Below, one piece after another: positions 1-8,594 of a DNA stretch of 14,939 bases; position 1 is the first letter of the stretch, and every line of letters begins with the position of its first letter. The stretch lies in sequence record PX306536.1. One strand, 5' to 3'. Origin of the DNA: a phage. Made by a program: the position numbers and the translations under genes. The notes beneath the pieces are model-generated. The model was not told where the DNA came from. It saw only the letters and a program-made list of their open reading frames with translations, and ran no database searches.

Positions 1-110
1 GGGGATACGTGCCCCTCCCCACCTACCCGCGCCCCTAACATTTTTATTTCCGTCTGTCAATACCCCCTGCATCCGATAGGCCCGAACTATCACAAACGGA
101 AAAGCGATAG
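1..110. repeat. Left inverted terminal repeat (110 bp), genome terminus starting GGGG
   Basis: Positions 1-110 are the exact reverse complement of 14830-14939; the match breaks at position 111 versus 14829. C-rich tracts and repeated GATAG/CTATC motifs lie inside. Confidence 0.95.
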
Positions 111-143
111 CCCAAAACACTAAGCCCCTTTTCATCATTTCAT

Positions 144-173
144 TTGTAAGCGCGTTTAAAATCATGGTAAAAT
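144..173 (+). promoter_or_regulatory. Candidate sigma70-like early promoter for the left early operon (VIII-I)
   Basis: TTGTAA (144-149), 18-nt spacer, TAAAAT (168-173), about 60 nt upstream of the gene VIII ATG at 233. Sequence inspection only. Confidence 0.35.
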
Positions 174-232
174 AACCACTACCCCAAATTGCGCCCCTGC
201 AATTTGCTGACGGTTTAACGGAAGGCGGAAAC

Positions 233-1012
233 ATGGCGAAGAAAAAACCAGTAGAAAAAAATGGGCTTGTTTATAAAGAGTTTCAAAAGCAAGTTTCAAA
301 TTTGAAGAAAGCCGGACTAATCCCTAAAACCCTTGACGTGCGAAAAGTCAAGCCAACAAAACACTATAAAGGATTGGTAAGCAAATATAAAGACGTTGCA
401 ACAGGGGGCGCTAAACTTGCAGCAATTCCTAACCCCGCCGTTATTGAAACGCTTGAAGCGCGGGGCGAATCCATCATTAAGAAAGGCGGCAAGGCATATC
501 TGAAAGCCCGCCAGCAAATAAACCAGCGCGGACAAATTGTAAACCCCTTTACGGTTCGCGTAACCAAACGCGGCGAAGTGGTGCGCCGCTACCGTAAGAC
601 TACCCCGGAAGGCAAGCCCGTTTATATCACGCAACGGGAATTGCCTATTAAGTTTGAGAATATGGAACAGTGGCTTACTGAATTAAAGGCCGCTGGTTTT
701 CAATTGCAACCGGGCGAACAAATCTATTTCACTTTTAACGGTAACTATTCCCGCCGTACCTATACGTCATTTGATGAAGCGTTCAATAAATTCATGACGT
801 ATGACATTATTATTGATGCGGTGGCCGGAAAATTAAAAGTAGAAGATGAAGCCGATTTAGTTAAGTCGGTAGGCTTTCAGCGTATCAGCGGCCCCGAAGC
901 CAAGGCGTATAACCGTAACCGTATTGTATTGCCTGAAATGCAATTTAGCCAAGCGGCTAAAAAGAAATACAAGCGCCGTCAAAAACGCGGCTATGGCAGC
1001 AAGGGGGTTTAA
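233..1012 (+). CDS. VIII: Genome terminal protein P8 (protein primer for DNA replication), 259 aa
   Basis: First ORF inside the left ITR, 259 aa, basic and Lys-rich; Tyr at residue 190 (codon 800-802, context FMTYD) matches the priming tyrosine recalled for PRD1 P8. RBS AAGG upstream. Confidence 0.9.
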   Translation: MAKKKPVEKNGLVYKEFQKQVSNLKKAGLIPKTLDVRKVKPTKHYKGLVSKYKDVATGGAKLAAIPNPAVIETLEARGESIIKKGGKAYLKARQQINQRGQIVNPFTVRVTKRGEVVRRYRKTTPEGKPVYITQRELPIKFENMEQWLTELKAAGFQLQPGEQIYFTFNGNYSRRTYTSFDEAFNKFMTYDIIIDAVAGKLKVEDEADLVKSVGFQRISGPEAKAYNRNRIVLPEMQFSQAAKKKYKRRQKRGYGSKGV

Positions 1013-1015
1013 TAT

Positions 1016-2677
1016 ATGCCGCGCCGTTCCCGTAAAAAGGTTGAATATAAAATTGCAGCCTTTGACTTTGAAACTGACCCTTTCAAGCATGACCGTATCC
1101 CTAAACCGTTTTCATGGGGTTTTTATAATGGTGAAATTTATAAAGACTATTGGGGCGATGATTGCATAGAACAGTTTATTTACTGGCTGGATACCATAGA
1201 AGAACCCCACGTCATATACGCGCATAACGGCGGCAAGTTTGATTTTCTTTTTCTCATGAAATACTTTCGCGGGAAATTGAAAATAGTTAATGGGCGTATT
1301 TTGGAAGTCGAACACGGTATCCATAAATTCCGCGATAGTTATGCAATCCTACCGGTGCCACTTGCTGCCAGCGATGAAAAGATAGAAATTGATTATGGCA
1401 AGATGGAAAGGGAAACCCGCGAACAGCACAAGGCGGAAATTTTAGAATACCTTAAAGGCGATTGTGTCACCTTGCATAAAATGGTTAGTTTGTTTATTGC
1501 TGAATTTGGAATGCGCCTAACCATAGGCGGTACGGCAATGAATGAATTAAAACAGTTCCACCCTTATGACCCGGTGCGCAAAGGCTTTGATGAAGCTATG
1601 CGCCCCTTTTATTTTGGTGGAAGGTGCCAAGCATTCGAGAAAGGAATAATAGAAGATGATATTAAAGTTTATGACGTTAATAGCATGTACCCCCATGCTA
1701 TGCGAAATTTCCGCCACCCTTTCAGCGATGAATTTTATGAAGCCGATGAAGTAACGGAAGAAACTTATTTTATTGAATGGGAAGGCGAGAATAACGGCGC
1801 GGTGCCAGTAAGGACTAAAACAGGATTAGACTTTAATCAGCGTAGCGGCATTTTCCATACGTCAATCCATGAATGGCAGGCGGGCATTGATACCGGCACG
1901 ATTAAACCTAATCGGATTATAAGGACAATCAATTTTACTGAAACAACCACTTTCGGCGCATTCATTGACCATTTCTTTAGCAAGCGTGACGCGGCCAAAA
2001 AGGCGGGCGATTTATTCCACAATATTTTTTACAAACTTATTTTAAATAGCAGTTATGGGAAGTTTGCGCAAAACCCCGAAAATTATAAAGAGTGGTGCAT
2101 AACGGAAGGCGGCATTTATTTAGAAGGCTATGACGGCGAAGGGTGCGAAGTACAGGAACATTTAGATTATATTTTATGGGGTAGGCCCGCTGAAATGTTT
2201 AATTATTTTAACGTGGCAGTGGCGGCAAGTATTACAGGCGCGGCCCGTTCCGTTTTATTGCGGGCATTGGCGCAAGCGGAAAGGCCGCTTTATTGTGACA
2301 CTGATTCTATTATTTGCCGTGATTTAAAAAATGTCCCGCTTGACGCATACCAGCTAGGCGCGTGGGATTTGGAAGCAACCGGCGATAAAATAGCGATTGC
2401 CGGTAAAAAATTATATGCGCTTTACGCTGGTGATAATTGCGTTAAAATTGCAAGTAAGGGGGCTAGTCTGGTTCCGCGTGATATTGGGTTTTTAATGCCC
2501 CCGGATATGGAACCGAAAGCCGCCAAAAAGGTAGCGCAACAAAAGGCTAAAAATATTGGTGGCGAGAAAATTTTAAAGGTGGCTAATGGCGGCGTGTATG
2601 ATTTTGTAAATGATGCCCCGTCATTTAAGCTAAATGGCAACGTGCAATTTATCAAGCGCACAATCAAAGGAACATAA
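1016..2677 (+). CDS. I: Protein-primed family B DNA polymerase P1, 553 aa
   Basis: Exo I FDFETD, Exo II YAHNGGKFDFLF, Exo III YLKGDCV; polymerase motif A DVNSMYPHAM, motif B KLILNSSYGKFAQ, motif C YCDTDS (2291-2308). RBS AAGGGGG at 1001-1007. Confidence 0.95.
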   Translation: MPRRSRKKVEYKIAAFDFETDPFKHDRIPKPFSWGFYNGEIYKDYWGDDCIEQFIYWLDTIEEPHVIYAHNGGKFDFLFLMKYFRGKLKIVNGRILEVEHGIHKFRDSYAILPVPLAASDEKIEIDYGKMERETREQHKAEILEYLKGDCVTLHKMVSLFIAEFGMRLTIGGTAMNELKQFHPYDPVRKGFDEAMRPFYFGGRCQAFEKGIIEDDIKVYDVNSMYPHAMRNFRHPFSDEFYEADEVTEETYFIEWEGENNGAVPVRTKTGLDFNQRSGIFHTSIHEWQAGIDTGTIKPNRIIRTINFTETTTFGAFIDHFFSKRDAAKKAGDLFHNIFYKLILNSSYGKFAQNPENYKEWCITEGGIYLEGYDGEGCEVQEHLDYILWGRPAEMFNYFNVAVAASITGAARSVLLRALAQAERPLYCDTDSIICRDLKNVPLDAYQLGAWDLEATGDKIAIAGKKLYALYAGDNCVKIASKGASLVPRDIGFLMPPDMEPKAAKKVAQQKAKNIGGEKILKVANGGVYDFVNDAPSFKLNGNVQFIKRTIKGT

Positions 2678-2678
2678 A

Positions 2679-3128
2679 ATGCAATATACACTTTGGGATA
2701 TTATCAGCCGCGTGGAAAGCAACGGGAATTTAAAAGCGTTGCGGTTTGAACCGGAATACTATCAGCGGCGCATGGCGCGGGGCGATTGGAATAATTCGAT
2801 TATTCAAAATATCCGCGCCGCCAATAAATGCAGCTTAGGCACTGCCCGCATGATTTATTGCAGTTCATGGGGCGCGGTTCAAATCATGGGATTTAATCTT
2901 TATTTGGACGGCGCATTTAATTTGAGCGTTGCGCATTTCATGGAAAATGAAGCGTATCAAGTAAATGAATTTCGGCGCTTCCTTTTGAAAAATGGATTAA
3001 CTGAATATACGCCTGAAAGGCTGGCGAGTGATAAAGCGGCCCGCGTTAAATTCGCCAAGGTTTATAACGGCGCTGAAAGTTACGCGGATTTAATTTTGCA
3101 AGCCTGCCAATTTTACGGGGTGAAATAA
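2679..3128 (+). CDS. XV: Soluble lytic enzyme P15 (muramidase-type endolysin), 149 aa
   Basis: ATG at 2679 preceded by RBS AAAGGA (2666-2671), immediately after the polymerase stop. The ORF track's upstream extension to 2634 overlaps the polymerase and lacks an RBS. Size matches PRD1 P15. Confidence 0.8.
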   Translation: MQYTLWDIISRVESNGNLKALRFEPEYYQRRMARGDWNNSIIQNIRAANKCSLGTARMIYCSSWGAVQIMGFNLYLDGAFNLSVAHFMENEAYQVNEFRRFLLKNGLTEYTPERLASDKAARVKFAKVYNGAESYADLILQACQFYGVK

Positions 3129-4903
3129 TGGCTAATTTCAACGTGCCTAAATTGGGCGTTTTTCCGGTTGCTGCCGTTTTCGATATTGACAACGTGCCGG
3201 AAGATTCCAGCGCAACGGGTAGCCGCTGGCTACCTTCAATTTATCAGGGCGGTAATTATTGGGGCGGTGGCCCGCAAGCGTTGCGCGTTCAGGTAAGCAA
3301 TTTTGATGCTACTAACCGCCTGCCCTATAACCCGCGCACTGAAAATAACCCGGCTGGAAATTGCGCTTTTGCGTTTAATCCTTTCGGTCAATATATTTCT
3401 AATATCAGTAGTGCGCAAAGTGTGCATAGGCGCATTTACGGAATCGACCTAAATGATGAACCGCTTTTCACGCCTAACGCTGCAAGCATTACAAACGGCG
3501 GCAATCCTACAATGTCGCAAGATTATGCTTATCACAATATCGGCCCGATTAATTCCGCGTATAAGGCCGAAATTTTCCGGCCTGTAAATCCGTTGCCAAT
3601 GAGTGATACAGCGCCTGACCCTGAAACATTGGAACCGGGGCAAACGGAACCGCTTATTAAATCCGATGGTATTTATTCAAATAGCGGTATTGCGTCATTT
3701 ATTTTTGATAGGCCCGTAACGGAACCTAACCCAAATTGGCCCCCGCTGCCCCCGCCTGTAATTCCAATTATTTACCCTACCCCCGCGCTAGGCATTGGCG
3801 CGGCGGCGGCGTATGGCTTTGGCTATCAAGTGACGGTTTATAGATGGGAAGAAATACCCGTTGAATTTATCGCTGACCCTGAAACCTGCCCCGCGCAACC
3901 GACAACGGATAAGGTAATAATCAGGACAACCGATTTAAACCCGGAAGGTTCGCCGTGCGCTTATGAAGCCGGAATTATTTTAGTTCGCCAAACGTCTAAC
4001 CCAATGAATGCGGTAGCGGGGCGGCTGGTTCCTTATGTTGAAGATATAGCGGTTGATATTTTCCTGACAGGGAAATTTTTCACGCTTAACCCGCCTTTGC
4101 GAATTACCAATAATTATTTTGCGGATGATGAAGTAAAAGAAAACACTGTCACCATAGGCAATTACACTACCACGCTTTCAAGCGCCTATTATGCAATGTT
4201 TAAAACTGACGGCTACGGCGGGGCCACTTGCTTTATAGCGTCTGGTGGTGCTGGTATTTCCGCGCTTGTTCAATTGCAAGATAATAGCGTTTTGGACGTG
4301 CTTTATTATTCGCTGCCGCTTTCATTGGGTGGAAGCAAAGCGGCAATTGATGAATGGGTGGCGAATAATTGCGGGCTTTTTCCTATGTCCGGTGGGCTGG
4401 ATAAAACCACGCTGCTAGAAATTCCGCGCCGTCAATTGGAAGCTATAACCCCGCAAGATGGGCCGGGGCAGGATGATTTATTTATTCTGGATGATTCCGG
4501 CGCGTATGCTAGTTTTTCATCCTTTATCGGTTTTCCTGAATCCGCCTATTATGTTGCAGGCGCTGCCACTTTTATGGACGTTGAAAACCCGGATGAAATT
4601 ATTTTTATCTTGCGAAATGGCGCGGGCTGGTATGCTTGCGAAATTGGCGATGCGTTAAAAATTGCGGATGATGAATTTGATTCCGTGGATTATTTCGCGT
4701 ATCGCGGGGGCGTTATGTTTATTGGTTCGGCGCGTTATACCGAAGGGGGCGACCCGCTACCCATTAAATATAGGGCGATTATTCCAGCGTTGCCGCGTGG
4801 GCGTTTGCCGCGTGTAGTGTTAGAATATCAAGCGGTGGGAATGTCGTTTATTCCTTGTCAAACGCATTGCCTTGGCAAAGGCGGAATTATTTCAAAGGTG
4901 TAA
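3128..4903 (+). CDS. II: Receptor-binding (adsorption) protein P2, 591 aa
   Basis: 591-aa ORF, start overlaps the XV stop (TAATG); position and size match PRD1 P2. Confidence 0.85.
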   Translation: MANFNVPKLGVFPVAAVFDIDNVPEDSSATGSRWLPSIYQGGNYWGGGPQALRVQVSNFDATNRLPYNPRTENNPAGNCAFAFNPFGQYISNISSAQSVHRRIYGIDLNDEPLFTPNAASITNGGNPTMSQDYAYHNIGPINSAYKAEIFRPVNPLPMSDTAPDPETLEPGQTEPLIKSDGIYSNSGIASFIFDRPVTEPNPNWPPLPPPVIPIIYPTPALGIGAAAAYGFGYQVTVYRWEEIPVEFIADPETCPAQPTTDKVIIRTTDLNPEGSPCAYEAGIILVRQTSNPMNAVAGRLVPYVEDIAVDIFLTGKFFTLNPPLRITNNYFADDEVKENTVTIGNYTTTLSSAYYAMFKTDGYGGATCFIASGGAGISALVQLQDNSVLDVLYYSLPLSLGGSKAAIDEWVANNCGLFPMSGGLDKTTLLEIPRRQLEAITPQDGPGQDDLFILDDSGAYASFSSFIGFPESAYYVAGAATFMDVENPDEIIFILRNGAGWYACEIGDALKIADDEFDSVDYFAYRGGVMFIGSARYTEGGDPLPIKYRAIIPALPRGRLPRVVLEYQAVGMSFIPCQTHCLGKGGIISKV

Positions 4904-4906
4904 ATT

Positions 4907-5287
4907 ATGAATGTGAATAATCCCAATCAAATGACGGTAACGCCTGTTTATAACGGTTGCGATTCCGGCGAAGGCCCGCAAAGTGTGCGCGGTTACTTTG
5001 ACGCGGTAGCGGGCGAGAATATCAAGTTTGATATGACTTATCTTGCCGATACGCAAGGCTTTACCGGCGTTCAATGTATCTATATTGATAACGCGGAAAA
5101 TGACGGCGCGTTTGAAATTGACGTTGAAGAAACGGGCCAGCGGATTAAATGCCCTGCCGGTAAGCAAGGCTATTTTCCTTTGCTGGTTCCGGGCCGTGCT
5201 AAATTTGTGGCGCGTCATTTGGGCAGCGGCAAAAAATCGGTGCCTTTGTTTTTCCTTAACTTCACTATTGCGCAAGGGGTTTGGTAA
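4907..5287 (+). CDS. XXXI: Penton (vertex base) protein P31, 126 aa
   Basis: 126 aa, RBS AAAGGTG upstream; paralogous to the N-terminal domain of the next ORF (TGQRIxxxAGxQGYxP...F[LI]NFxIAxGVW). Confidence 0.85.
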   Translation: MNVNNPNQMTVTPVYNGCDSGEGPQSVRGYFDAVAGENIKFDMTYLADTQGFTGVQCIYIDNAENDGAFEIDVEETGQRIKCPAGKQGYFPLLVPGRAKFVARHLGSGKKSVPLFFLNFTIAQGVW

Positions 5288-6309
5288 TGGCTAATCAACA
5301 AATTGGCGGTAGCACGGTAACTTATAACGGCGCTATCCCTATGGGTGGCCCGGTGGCAATTAATACCGTTATTGAAATTGCAGGCACGGAAGTTTTAGTT
5401 GATTTAAAACTTGACTATGCAACCGGCAAAATTTCGGGCGTTCAAACTCTTTATATCGACTTGCGCGATTTTTTGGGTGACGTAACCGTGACCATGCCGG
5501 ACACCGGGCAGCGCATTACGGCGCGGGCAGGTACGCAAGGTTATTACCCGGTGCTATCCACTAACCTTATGAAATTCATTGTATCCGCCACTATTGACGG
5601 AAAATTCCCAATGAATTTTATTAACTTCCCTATTGCGCTTGGCGTATGGCCTAGCGGAATTAAAGGCGATAAAGGCGACCCCGGCGCACCCGGCCCCGCT
5701 GGTGGTACGGTTGTTGTTGAAGATTCCGGCGCGTCATCTGGTGAAAGCCTGCTAGACACTACCAGCGAACCGGGCAAAATTCTGGTTAAACGAATTTCGG
5801 CGGGCAGCGGAATTACCGTTACTGATTATGGCGATGAAGTGGAAATTGAAGCCAGCGGCGGCGGTGGTGGCGGTGGCGGTGTAACTGATGCGCTTTCATT
5901 AATGTATTCGACCAGTACGGGCGGGCCTGCAAGTATTGCGGCCAATGCGCTTACTGATTTTGATTTGTCCGGGGCGCTGACTGTAAATAGCGTGGGAACT
6001 GGTTTGACAAAATCAGCCGCTGGCATTCAATTAGCGGCGGGTAAATCCGGGCTTTATCAAATTACCATGACGGTAAAAAATAATACCGTGACAGCGGGAA
6101 ATTATTTATTGCGCGTTAAATACGGTAGTAGTGAATTTGTAGCGGCCTGCCCCGCCAGTAGCCTGACCGCTGGCGGTACAATTTCACTACTGATTTATTG
6201 CAACGTGTTAGGCGTTCCAAGCCTTGACGTGCTAAAATTCAGTTTGTGTAATAGCGGGGCGGCGCTTAGTAATTACATTATTAATATCACTGCCGCGAAA
6301 ATTAATTAA
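5287..6309 (+). CDS. V: Vertex spike protein P5, 340 aa, with P31-like N-domain, collagen-like Gly-X-Y stretch and Gly8 hinge
   Basis: ATG at 5287 overlaps the XXXI stop (TAATG); the track's 5281 start is a TTG. N-domain similar to P31; GIKGDKGDPGAPGPAGG at 5656-5706; Gly8 at 5857-5880. Confidence 0.88.
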   Translation: MANQQIGGSTVTYNGAIPMGGPVAINTVIEIAGTEVLVDLKLDYATGKISGVQTLYIDLRDFLGDVTVTMPDTGQRITARAGTQGYYPVLSTNLMKFIVSATIDGKFPMNFINFPIALGVWPSGIKGDKGDPGAPGPAGGTVVVEDSGASSGESLLDTTSEPGKILVKRISAGSGITVTDYGDEVEIEASGGGGGGGGVTDALSLMYSTSTGGPASIAANALTDFDLSGALTVNSVGTGLTKSAAGIQLAAGKSGLYQITMTVKNNTVTAGNYLLRVKYGSSEFVAACPASSLTAGGTISLLIYCNVLGVPSLDVLKFSLCNSGAALSNYIINITAAKIN

Positions 6310-6327
6310 CCTGAAAGGTGACTGAAA

Positions 6328-6588
6328 ATGATGGGAAAAGGTTTTGAAATGATGGTTGCCAGCGCAATCCGTGCCGCTGGTATTAATCCTGATGAATTGA
6401 TGGAAAAGGCTAATACCCTTGTCCATAATTTGAATTACCAGCTTGACCGATTCGGCCAGCGGCTGGATTCCATTGATTCGCGCCTTTCGGTAATTGAAAA
6501 GGCGCTTGATATTTCCCCGGCAGAAAAGCCGGACAATCAGCCCGAATTAACGGGTATTACTTTTGAAGGTGACGCCAATGACCAATGA
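6328..6588 (+). CDS. XVII: Assembly protein P17, 86 aa
   Basis: 86-aa ORF with RBS GAAAGGTGA upstream; size and position match PRD1 P17. Confidence 0.75.
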   Translation: MMGKGFEMMVASAIRAAGINPDELMEKANTLVHNLNYQLDRFGQRLDSIDSRLSVIEKALDISPAEKPDNQPELTGITFEGDANDQ

Positions 6589-6784
6589 AGAAAAATTGAT
6601 TGCTGAAATTGATAGCGCGGGCCTTTCGGCTGAAATGCTGGAATCCATGCCAAGCCCTGAAATGTTCCCGCTTATTATTGTCAATCTGCAAGGGCGTATT
6701 GCCGAACTGGAAGCGCGGGAAACTGAAATGCTGGCCCGCGTTGATACGCTGATTGCCCGCCTTGCGCATTTGGGGGTAGCCTAA
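6578..6784 (+). CDS. XXXIII: Assembly protein P33, 68 aa
   Basis: ATG at 6578 preceded by GAAGGTGA; the track's 6563 start is a TTG. Overlaps the XVII 3' end by 11 nt; coiled-coil-like sequence. Confidence 0.7.
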   Translation: MTNEEKLIAEIDSAGLSAEMLESMPSPEMFPLIIVNLQGRIAELEARETEMLARVDTLIARLAHLGVA

Positions 6785-7284
6785 TGGATACCGAAGAAAT
6801 TAAAGAGGAAATGCAGGAAGCCGCCGAAGCCGCCATAGAAAACGCGGTTGAAACTGCCGAACTGGAAACAGCCGCTATTAAAGCGGAAGGGGCGGCGGCA
6901 GCGGCGGAACAATCGGCAGAACAAGCGGCGGTAATGGCCGCGACCCTTGCCGCAAGTGTTGAAGCAAACGCCGCGCAACAAATCGCGGAACATTCGGAAC
7001 AGGTACAAACACAAGAGGAAAAAATATCATGGCTGGAAAATCAAGTAATGGCGATGGCGTCAAATTTGCAGATGATGCAGGAAGCGGTAACAGCATTGAC
7101 GGTATCGCAATCATTGACCCCGGAACCGTCACCAGCGCCAGCGGTGGAAGTGGAAGCGATGCCGGAAGCGGTGACAGTGGAAATACTCCCCGAAAGCGCG
7201 GGCGACCAGCCGGAAGCGGAACCGGCGCAAAGCGTGGGCGACCAGCCGGAAACAGCGCCGCGAAAAAGGTTCCGGGCAATCTAG
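6784..7284 (+). CDS. VI: Minor capsid / DNA packaging protein P6, 166 aa, acidic and Ala/Glu-rich
   Basis: 166-aa ORF, start overlaps the XXXIII stop (TAATG); strongly acidic low-complexity N-terminal half. Confidence 0.8.
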   Translation: MDTEEIKEEMQEAAEAAIENAVETAELETAAIKAEGAAAAAEQSAEQAAVMAATLAASVEANAAQQIAEHSEQVQTQEEKISWLENQVMAMASNLQMMQEAVTALTVSQSLTPEPSPAPAVEVEAMPEAVTVEILPESAGDQPEAEPAQSVGDQPETAPRKRFRAI

Positions 7285-7640
7285 GCGTTGAAAAAATCCT
7301 TTTCAGTTTGCACTTGATGGCGTCAAGCGCGTTGAAGGTTGAAGAACTGGCGCTTGATGAAAAGGAAGCCGAAGCCCTTGCCGGGGCAGTGCAGGAAGTG
7401 GCGAGCCATTACGATATTACCCCTGACCCTAAAATCATGGCATGGGCGGGATTGTTTGGCGTTTGCGCTTCTATTTATGGCCCCCGCGTTGCAGCTTATA
7501 AAATGCGGGCGGCGGCTGAAAAGCGCGATAAAAAGGAAGCGGCTAAACCGATGGCCCAAAAGGTACAGGAAGCCAAGCCAACGGAACATGACCCGGCAGC
7601 GCCTTACATTGAACAATTGCCAGTAAGTAACCTGCTATGA
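7029..7640 (+). CDS. X: Assembly (scaffolding-like) protein P10, 203 aa, overprinted on the 3' third of gene VI
   Basis: 203-aa ORF in a different frame from VI, overlapping it by 256 nt; contains two KRGRPAG AT-hook-like motifs. Confidence 0.8.
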   Translation: MAGKSSNGDGVKFADDAGSGNSIDGIAIIDPGTVTSASGGSGSDAGSGDSGNTPRKRGRPAGSGTGAKRGRPAGNSAAKKVPGNLGVEKILFSLHLMASSALKVEELALDEKEAEALAGAVQEVASHYDITPDPKIMAWAGLFGVCASIYGPRVAAYKMRAAAEKRDKKEAAKPMAQKVQEAKPTEHDPAAPYIEQLPVSNLL

Positions 7641-8320
7641 CAATACGAATGCCAAACGATAGACAACGTATTCTAGTGCTAGGCAAAACCGGCACCGGGA
7701 AAACTTGCGCCGCCGTTTGGCATTTATCCCAAAAGGATTTTAAGCGCAAGGCGTGGATTGTCCTAAACCATAAGGGCGATGATTTAATTGATTCCATTGA
7801 AGGGGCTAACCATGTAGATTTAAATTTTCGACCTAAAAAACCGGGGCTTTATATTTACCATCCTATCCCTGATGTTGATGATGCGGAAGTAACGCAATTG
7901 CTTTGGGATATTCACGCGATGGGCGATATTGGCGTTTATGTTGATGAAGGGTACATGATTCCAAACCGTGACCCGGCATTTCAGGCGCTACTTACTCAAG
8001 GCCGGAGTAAGAAAATCCCGATGATTATTTTAAGCCAGCGGCCCGTATGGCTTACCCGCTTTGCCATTTCGGAATCGGATTTTTTCCAGATATTCCAATT
8101 AGGCGACCAGCGCGATAGGCAAACCGTGCAAGGTTTTGTTCCGGTGGATTTGGAAAAATTAATGCAAGCGCCTGTAAATACAGTGCCAGCATTAAAAAAA
8201 TTCCATTCAATTTATTATGACGTGGGCGCTAATAATTGCGTTATAATGACACCGGTTCCTACCGCTGACGCCGTTTTGGCCCGGTTCGACCTTGGCAAGA
8301 AAAGAAAGCAAACCCTGTAA
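7637..8320 (+). CDS. IX: DNA packaging ATPase P9, 227 aa
   Basis: Walker A GKTGTGKT (7682-7705) and Walker B-like IGVYVDEG; ATGA overlap with the gene X stop. Confidence 0.92.
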   Translation: MTIRMPNDRQRILVLGKTGTGKTCAAVWHLSQKDFKRKAWIVLNHKGDDLIDSIEGANHVDLNFRPKKPGLYIYHPIPDVDDAEVTQLLWDIHAMGDIGVYVDEGYMIPNRDPAFQALLTQGRSKKIPMIILSQRPVWLTRFAISESDFFQIFQLGDQRDRQTVQGFVPVDLEKLMQAPVNTVPALKKFHSIYYDVGANNCVIMTPVPTADAVLARFDLGKKRKQTL

Positions 8321-8331
8321 AGGAAAACGCT

Positions 8332-8460
8332 ATGACTGAAAATATCATTAGTTGGAATGTCGCCAATTGGGTGACAGTAATTTTAATGGCGCTTGCCGGT
8401 TATGCGGTGCTGGCTTTAGCTGCCAAGGTAATTAACAACCGCGCACAGGAACCGGCATAA
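8332..8460 (+). CDS. XX: Small single-pass membrane protein, 42 aa, P20-like (packaging vertex)
   Basis: ATG at 8332 with RBS AAGGA; one hydrophobic helix (NWVTVILMALAGYAVLALAA); size matches PRD1 P20. Confidence 0.65.
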   Translation: MTENIISWNVANWVTVILMALAGYAVLALAAKVINNRAQEPA

Positions 8461-8588
8461 TGGTTAATTGGGAATTGTTGAAAAACCCCATTAATTGGCT
8501 TATCGTCATTCTCATGCTGACCATTGCAGGAATGGCGGCTACCCTTGTTTGTAACCACTTCGGCAAAAATGCCGTCACTTCGGAGTAA
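8460..8588 (+). CDS. Small single-pass membrane protein, 42 aa, tandem paralog of the preceding ORF (could correspond to P22 or an unnamed ORF)
   Basis: TAATG overlap with the preceding ORF; shares the NW-x-x-VILM transmembrane pattern with it. Confidence 0.55.
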   Translation: MVNWELLKNPINWLIVILMLTIAGMAATLVCNHFGKNAVTSE

Positions 8589-8594
8589 TTAAAT

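Noticed and set aside
55-60. Perfect TTGACA hexamer inside each ITR (also 14880-14885)
   Set aside because: It points toward the genome end with no -10 element at a usable spacing, so it is not a plausible promoter for any gene.
857-1324. Short overlapping ORFs at the VIII/I junction (857-1090 -, 924-1169 +, 1112-1324 -)
   Set aside because: They lie inside or antisense to the terminal protein and polymerase genes, with no RBS.
2634-2678. Upstream extension of the P15 ORF in the six-frame track (164 aa)
   Set aside because: It overlaps the polymerase 3' end and has no RBS; ATG 2679 with AAAGGA upstream gives the expected 149 aa. The TTG/GTG track starts at 5281, 6563 and 10608 were replaced by nearby ATGs for the same reason.
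4892-5275. 127-aa minus-strand ORF
   Set aside because: Antisense to gene XXXI, with no start context.
6878-7279. 133-aa Pro-rich minus-strand ORF
   Set aside because: Antisense to the GC-rich repetitive VI/X overlap; no RBS, and the composition looks like a frame artefact.
8242-8247. Consensus TATAAT inside the 3' end of gene IX
   Set aside because: No acceptable -35 at 16-19 nt spacing (nearest is TTATGA at 21 nt); likely chance.
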